DNA of 64,000 nt, counting the filler, from a bacterium (lineage in GTDB: Bacteria > UBA9089 > CG2-30-40-21 > SBAY01): assembly GCA_040757115.1 (NCBI GenBank). It is 9 parts of 9 records of this genome, joined end to end, with 100 filler letters (N's around TTAATTAATTAA, not from the genome) between each part and the next. Parts side by side here need not be neighbours in the genome. Positions count along the whole stretch, not along the records: positions 57,962 to 62,719 come from JBFLYA010000279.1; positions 62,820 to 64,000 come from JBFLYA010000449.1; 7 more parts are not named here. One strand, given 5' to 3'. Both the position numbers and the translations under genes were made by a program. How positions within the stretch are numbered: position 1 is the stretch's first letter; each line of letters opens with the position of its first letter. Under the pieces are notes generated by a model. That model made no database searches and was not told the DNA's origin. It worked only from the letters and a program-made list of their open reading frames with translations. Below, in pieces: positions 60,119-64,000 of the stretch.

Positions 60119-62578
60119 ATGAATAAAGAAGGTTATCCTTTTGTTGAGATAGAGAGAAAATGGCAAAAATTCTGGGAAGAAAACCAGATTTTTAAAACTA
60201 TATCTTCTAAAAAAAAACCTAAATATTATTGTCTTGAGATGTTTCCTTACCCATCTGGCAAGATTCATATGGGGCATGTGCGCAATTATGCCATTGGTGA
60301 TGTCATTGCCCGATTTAAAAGGATGCAAGGATATGAGATTTTGCATCCGATGGGTTGGGATGCCTTTGGTCTGCCCGCAGAAAATGCCGCTTTAGAAAAA
60401 GGTGTTCATCCCGCAAAATGGACACTCCAAAATATCGAATATATGCGAGGCCAATTGAAAAAATTAGGTTTTTCTTATGATTGGAATCGCGAAATTGCCA
60501 CCTGCTCTCAAGATTATTACAAATGGAATCAATGGCTATTCCTGAAGTTTTATGAAAAAGGATTGGTTTATAAAAAAGAGGCAGAAGTGAATTGGTGCGA
60601 GAAGTGTCAAACGGTATTGGCTAATGAGCAGGTTGAAAAAGGATTGTGCTGGCGATGTTCATCTGTGGTTAAAAGTAAAAAATTAGACCAGTGGTTTTTT
60701 AAGATTACAGATTACGCAGATAGACTATTAGAAGAACAAAACCTGCTTGAAAATTGGCCTCAAAGAGTCCTAACCATGCAGACCAACTGGATTGGTAAAA
60801 GTTTTGGCACAGAAATTGATTTTAAAATCGTTGGCAGTGCTGAGATTATAAAGGTATTTACTACCCGACCAGATACCATTTTCGGTGCTACTTATGTTGT
60901 CTTAGCCCCTGAATATCCCCTTGTAGAAAAACTTATCAAAGATATGCCTCAAGAAAATAAGATAAAAGAATTTATTGAATTCCATAAAACAAGAAAGGAA
61001 TTAGAAGACATTGAAAAACAAGGTATCTTTACCGGGCAATATGCCATCAATCCGGTTAATAATGAGAAGATACCTATCTGGATAGGTAATTATGTCTTAA
61101 TGGAATATGGCACAGGTGCAATTATGTGTGTTCCTGCTCATGACCAGCGGGATTTTGAATTTGCGATGAAATATGACCTGCCAAGACGATTAGTGATTCA
61201 ATCGCCAGATGAAAAACTCACGGCTGAAACAATGACCTGTGCCTTTGAAGAAGAAGGATATCTGGTTAACTCTGCTCAGTTTGACAATATGCCATGCAAA
61301 CAGGCAATTGATGCCATTTCTGTCTGGATGGAAAAAGAAAACATTGGTAGAAAAACGATTAATTATCGCCTGAAAGATTGGTTAGTCTCAAGACAACGCT
61401 ACTGGGGAACGCCTATCCCTATTATTTATTGCCAGAATTGTGGGAAAGTGAAAGTCCCTTATGAACAACTTCCTGTTCAACTTCCAGAAAGGGTTGATAT
61501 TCAAAAGGGTGAAACACTGGCGGATATTTCTGAGTTTATTAATACGACCTGTCCTAATTGTGGGAATAAGGCTTATCGGGAAACAGATACGATGGATACA
61601 TTTGTAGATTCATCCTGGTATTTTGCCCGATACATCAGCCCAAAAACAGAAAATACCCCGGTTGACTTTAATGAGGCAAATTACTGGTTGCCGGTTGACC
61701 AATACATTGGTGGAATTGAACATGCAATTTTACATCTGCTTTATGCCCGCTTTTTTACCAAAGTGATGGCAGATTTGGAATTATTTGATGTAAAAGAGCC
61801 TTTTAAAAATTTACTCACACAAGGTATGGTTATCAAAGATGGGGCGAAGATGTCCAAATCTAAAGGGAATGTTGTTGACCCAAACGATATCATTACCAAA
61901 TATGGTGCGGATACGGTTAGATTGTTTATCCTTTTTGCCGCCCCACCAGAAAAAGACCTTGAATGGAGTGACAAAGGAATAGAAGGCTGTTGGAGATTTT
62001 TGAATCGGGTCTATCGAATTGTCCAGCAGTATGCAGAAAAGATGAAAAGAATACAGGATGTAGAATGCAGAATGCAGAATGCAGAAGATAAAAAATTGTA
62101 TTCATTTACCCATAAAACAATAAAAAGGGTGACCGAAGATATAGAAAATGAATTCCATTTTAATACCGCTATTGCCGCCGTAATGGAGTTAGTTAATGAA
62201 ATTTATAAATATAGACTTCGAGAAGATGACGAAAATAGCTTATTTGTGCTTAACAAGGCATTAGAGGCAGTAGTTTTTTTACTCTCTCCAATGGCACCTC
62301 ACCTTGCCGAAGAATTGTGGCAACTGCTGGGTAAAAAAACAAGCATCTTTAACCAAATGTGGCTTAAATATGACCCCGAGGCAATCAAAGAACAAGAAAT
62401 CACTATCCCCATCCAGATAAATGGAAAACTAAAAGCCACGATTTCCGTTGCGGTAGATTGTCCAGAAGAGGAAATAAAAAATTTAGCCATTAAGGAGATT
62501 GAGAATAAAATTAAAGATAAACAAGTAAAGAAGGTCATTTTAGTCCCGAAGAAATTAGTGAATGTAGTTGTTGGATGA
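60119..62578 (+). CDS. leuS: Leucine--tRNA ligase
   Basis: MFPYPSG.IHMGH, FTTRPDT, GTGAIMCVPAHDQRD, KMSKS. Confidence 0.98.
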   Translation: MNKEGYPFVEIERKWQKFWEENQIFKTISSKKKPKYYCLEMFPYPSGKIHMGHVRNYAIGDVIARFKRMQGYEILHPMGWDAFGLPAENAALEKGVHPAKWTLQNIEYMRGQLKKLGFSYDWNREIATCSQDYYKWNQWLFLKFYEKGLVYKKEAEVNWCEKCQTVLANEQVEKGLCWRCSSVVKSKKLDQWFFKITDYADRLLEEQNLLENWPQRVLTMQTNWIGKSFGTEIDFKIVGSAEIIKVFTTRPDTIFGATYVVLAPEYPLVEKLIKDMPQENKIKEFIEFHKTRKELEDIEKQGIFTGQYAINPVNNEKIPIWIGNYVLMEYGTGAIMCVPAHDQRDFEFAMKYDLPRRLVIQSPDEKLTAETMTCAFEEEGYLVNSAQFDNMPCKQAIDAISVWMEKENIGRKTINYRLKDWLVSRQRYWGTPIPIIYCQNCGKVKVPYEQLPVQLPERVDIQKGETLADISEFINTTCPNCGNKAYRETDTMDTFVDSSWYFARYISPKTENTPVDFNEANYWLPVDQYIGGIEHAILHLLYARFFTKVMADLELFDVKEPFKNLLTQGMVIKDGAKMSKSKGNVVDPNDIITKYGADTVRLFILFAAPPEKDLEWSDKGIEGCWRFLNRVYRIVQQYAEKMKRIQDVECRMQNAEDKKLYSFTHKTIKRVTEDIENEFHFNTAIAAVMELVNEIYKYRLREDDENSLFVLNKALEAVVFLLSPMAPHLAEELWQLLGKKTSIFNQMWLKYDPEAIKEQEITIPIQINGKLKATISVAVDCPEEEIKNLAIKEIENKIKDKQVKKVILVPKKLVNVVVG

Positions 62579-62849
62579 ATTGGAATGGCTTATCAGGAGA
62601 AACGCTCATGCCCCTGCGGGGCACAAAGGAGAATGAAAATTAATGGGACGCAGATTTACAGGATTTACAAGATTTTAAAGAAAAACCACTAAGGCACTAT
62701 AAAAACATCAAGAAACACTNNNNNNNNNNNNNNNNNNNNNNNNNNNNNNNNNNNNNNNNNNNNTTAATTAATTAANNNNNNNNNNNNNNNNNNNNNNNNN
62801 NNNNNNNNNNNNNNNNNNNTGATCCTACCCCTAAAAGTGCAACAAAAAG

Positions 62850-63731
62850 TTAAGCAACCTTTTTATTAATTATATCGTTATTTTTTTCTTCAAACTCCCC
62901 AGGTGATAAATATCCGATTGTTGAATGAAGTCTTACTCTGTTGTAAAATATTTCAATGTACTCAAATATACTTTTCTTTGCTTCTTCTCTCGTTTTGTAA
63001 TTATTCCAATGCGTTAACTCTGTTTTGAGCGTATGGAAAAATGATTCCGTAACAGCATTGTCGTAGCAATTGCCCGTTGAACTCATCGACTGGATAATTG
63101 AGTTCTCTTTAAGCATTGTTCTGACTTCAGCGCTCGTATATTGGCTGCCTCTGTCTGAATGGAATATTACTGCTTCAACTTTTTCTCTTTGGGTTATGGC
63201 CATCTGTAATGATTTTGTTACTAACTCAGATGATATTTTGCTACCCGTAGACCAGCCGATTATTTTACGGGAATATATATCCATTACAACGCACAAATAC
63301 AGCCAGCCTTCGCAAGTCCATAAATAAGTTATATCACTTGTCCAGATTTTGTTCTTGCTCGATGAACTGAAATTCTGATTAAGTAGGTTTTTATTGAACT
63401 CGGCTCCTTTGTTTTGATGCGTTGTCTTCTTATACCTTCTTTTCGTCTTTGCCTTGATTTTATTTATCCGCATTAACCTAGCTACTCGTTTTTTGTTCAC
63501 CAATATCCCAACTCTTCTAAGCGATGATGTTATCCTCGGTACTCCATAATTACCACGGCCTATCGTATAATAATATTTTATCTGCTCAAGAAGTTTTAAC
63601 TCTTCGCTTCTTTTCTGAGTTACCTGACGGTTTAGCCAACGGTGATAACTTGATCGGCTTATTCCTAATACCTTGCTGCATAAACCGATTCCATATTGCT
63701 TTCTGTTCTCTTTTATAAACATATACTTCAC
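62850..63731 (-). CDS. IS3 transposase OrfB (integrase core)
   Basis: YGVPRI, WTSDITY, HSDRGSQY, CYDNAVTESFF.TLKTE, YNRVRLHS. Confidence 0.93.
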   Translation of the reverse strand: MKYMFIKENRKQYGIGLCSKVLGISRSSYHRWLNRQVTQKRSEELKLLEQIKYYYTIGRGNYGVPRITSSLRRVGILVNKKRVARLMRINKIKAKTKRRYKKTTHQNKGAEFNKNLLNQNFSSSSKNKIWTSDITYLWTCEGWLYLCVVMDIYSRKIIGWSTGSKISSELVTKSLQMAITQREKVEAVIFHSDRGSQYTSAEVRTMLKENSIIQSMSSTGNCYDNAVTESFFHTLKTELTHWNNYKTREEAKKSIFEYIEIFYNRVRLHSTIGYLSPGEFEEKNNDIINKKVA

Positions 63732-64000
63732 CCTCCGACTTTCGTGAAGTATGCTATGGCTTTTTTTAAAATGTCTCGCTCCATTGTCATATCATGAAGC
63801 TCTTTACGTAACTTTCTCAATTCTTCGTCTTCCGGCTTTTGGTGACCTTTACCGGGGAATGAATTCTCTTGGTCTTCAAGGTAAGCCCTCTTCCAGTTAT
63901 GAAGCGAGTTCTCATTTACTCCTAAATCCCGAGCTACACTGGCAGTTGATTTGCCGCCCTCCAATATCAGTTTTACTGCCGATATCTTAAACTCTTTGTC
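63728..64000 (-). CDS. IS3 transposase OrfA (HTH), 5'-partial
   Basis: VARDLGVNENSLHNWKR, ERDILKKAIAYF. Confidence 0.9.
   Translation of the reverse strand, partial: DKEFKISAVKLILEGGKSTASVARDLGVNENSLHNWKRAYLEDQENSFPGKGHQKPEDEELRKLRKELHDMTMERDILKKAIAYFTKVGG

Larger units (their letters stand above)
62820..64000 (-). mobile_element. IS3-family insertion sequence, partial
   Basis: Terminal TGATCCTACCCCTAAAAGTGCAACA; orfA/orfB arrangement. Confidence 0.88.

Overview
The window is a concatenation of nine assembly contigs joined by artificial 100-nt linkers (N-TTAATTAATTAA-N). It comes from an AT-rich bacterium, probably anaerobic and diderm (LPS glycosyltransferases, beta-barrel proteins, HdrA/MvhD cluster). 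Housekeeping genes are hemC, nuoM/nuoN, ilvE, miaA, queD, leuS and three tRNAs. Also present are two large secreted repeat proteins (one ending in a transglutaminase-elicitor-like domain), a membrane-anchored SMC/SbcC-like ATPase, a duplicated hdrA-mvhD cluster, several toxin-antitoxin modules and decayed transposases (IS1, IS630, IS66, IS1634, IS701-like, RAYT, IS3). The most striking structure is non-coding. (i) A dense family of IS66-ended miniature elements (GTAACNRTTCA...TGAAYNGTTAC, about 19 ends, one with an 8-bp TSD) wraps GxxExxY-type palindromic arms, and the copies nest into each other at a fixed junction. (ii) Heptamer-repeat elements also sit in frame inside hdrA and leuS. (iii) Two integron attC-like sites occur with no integrase in view. 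(iv) Three times, cargo DNA sits beside a displaced partial duplicate of a host gene (nuoM 3' end, hdrA 5' end, MshEN-HEPN gene 5' end). All family assignments come from motif recognition by eye; no database searches were run.
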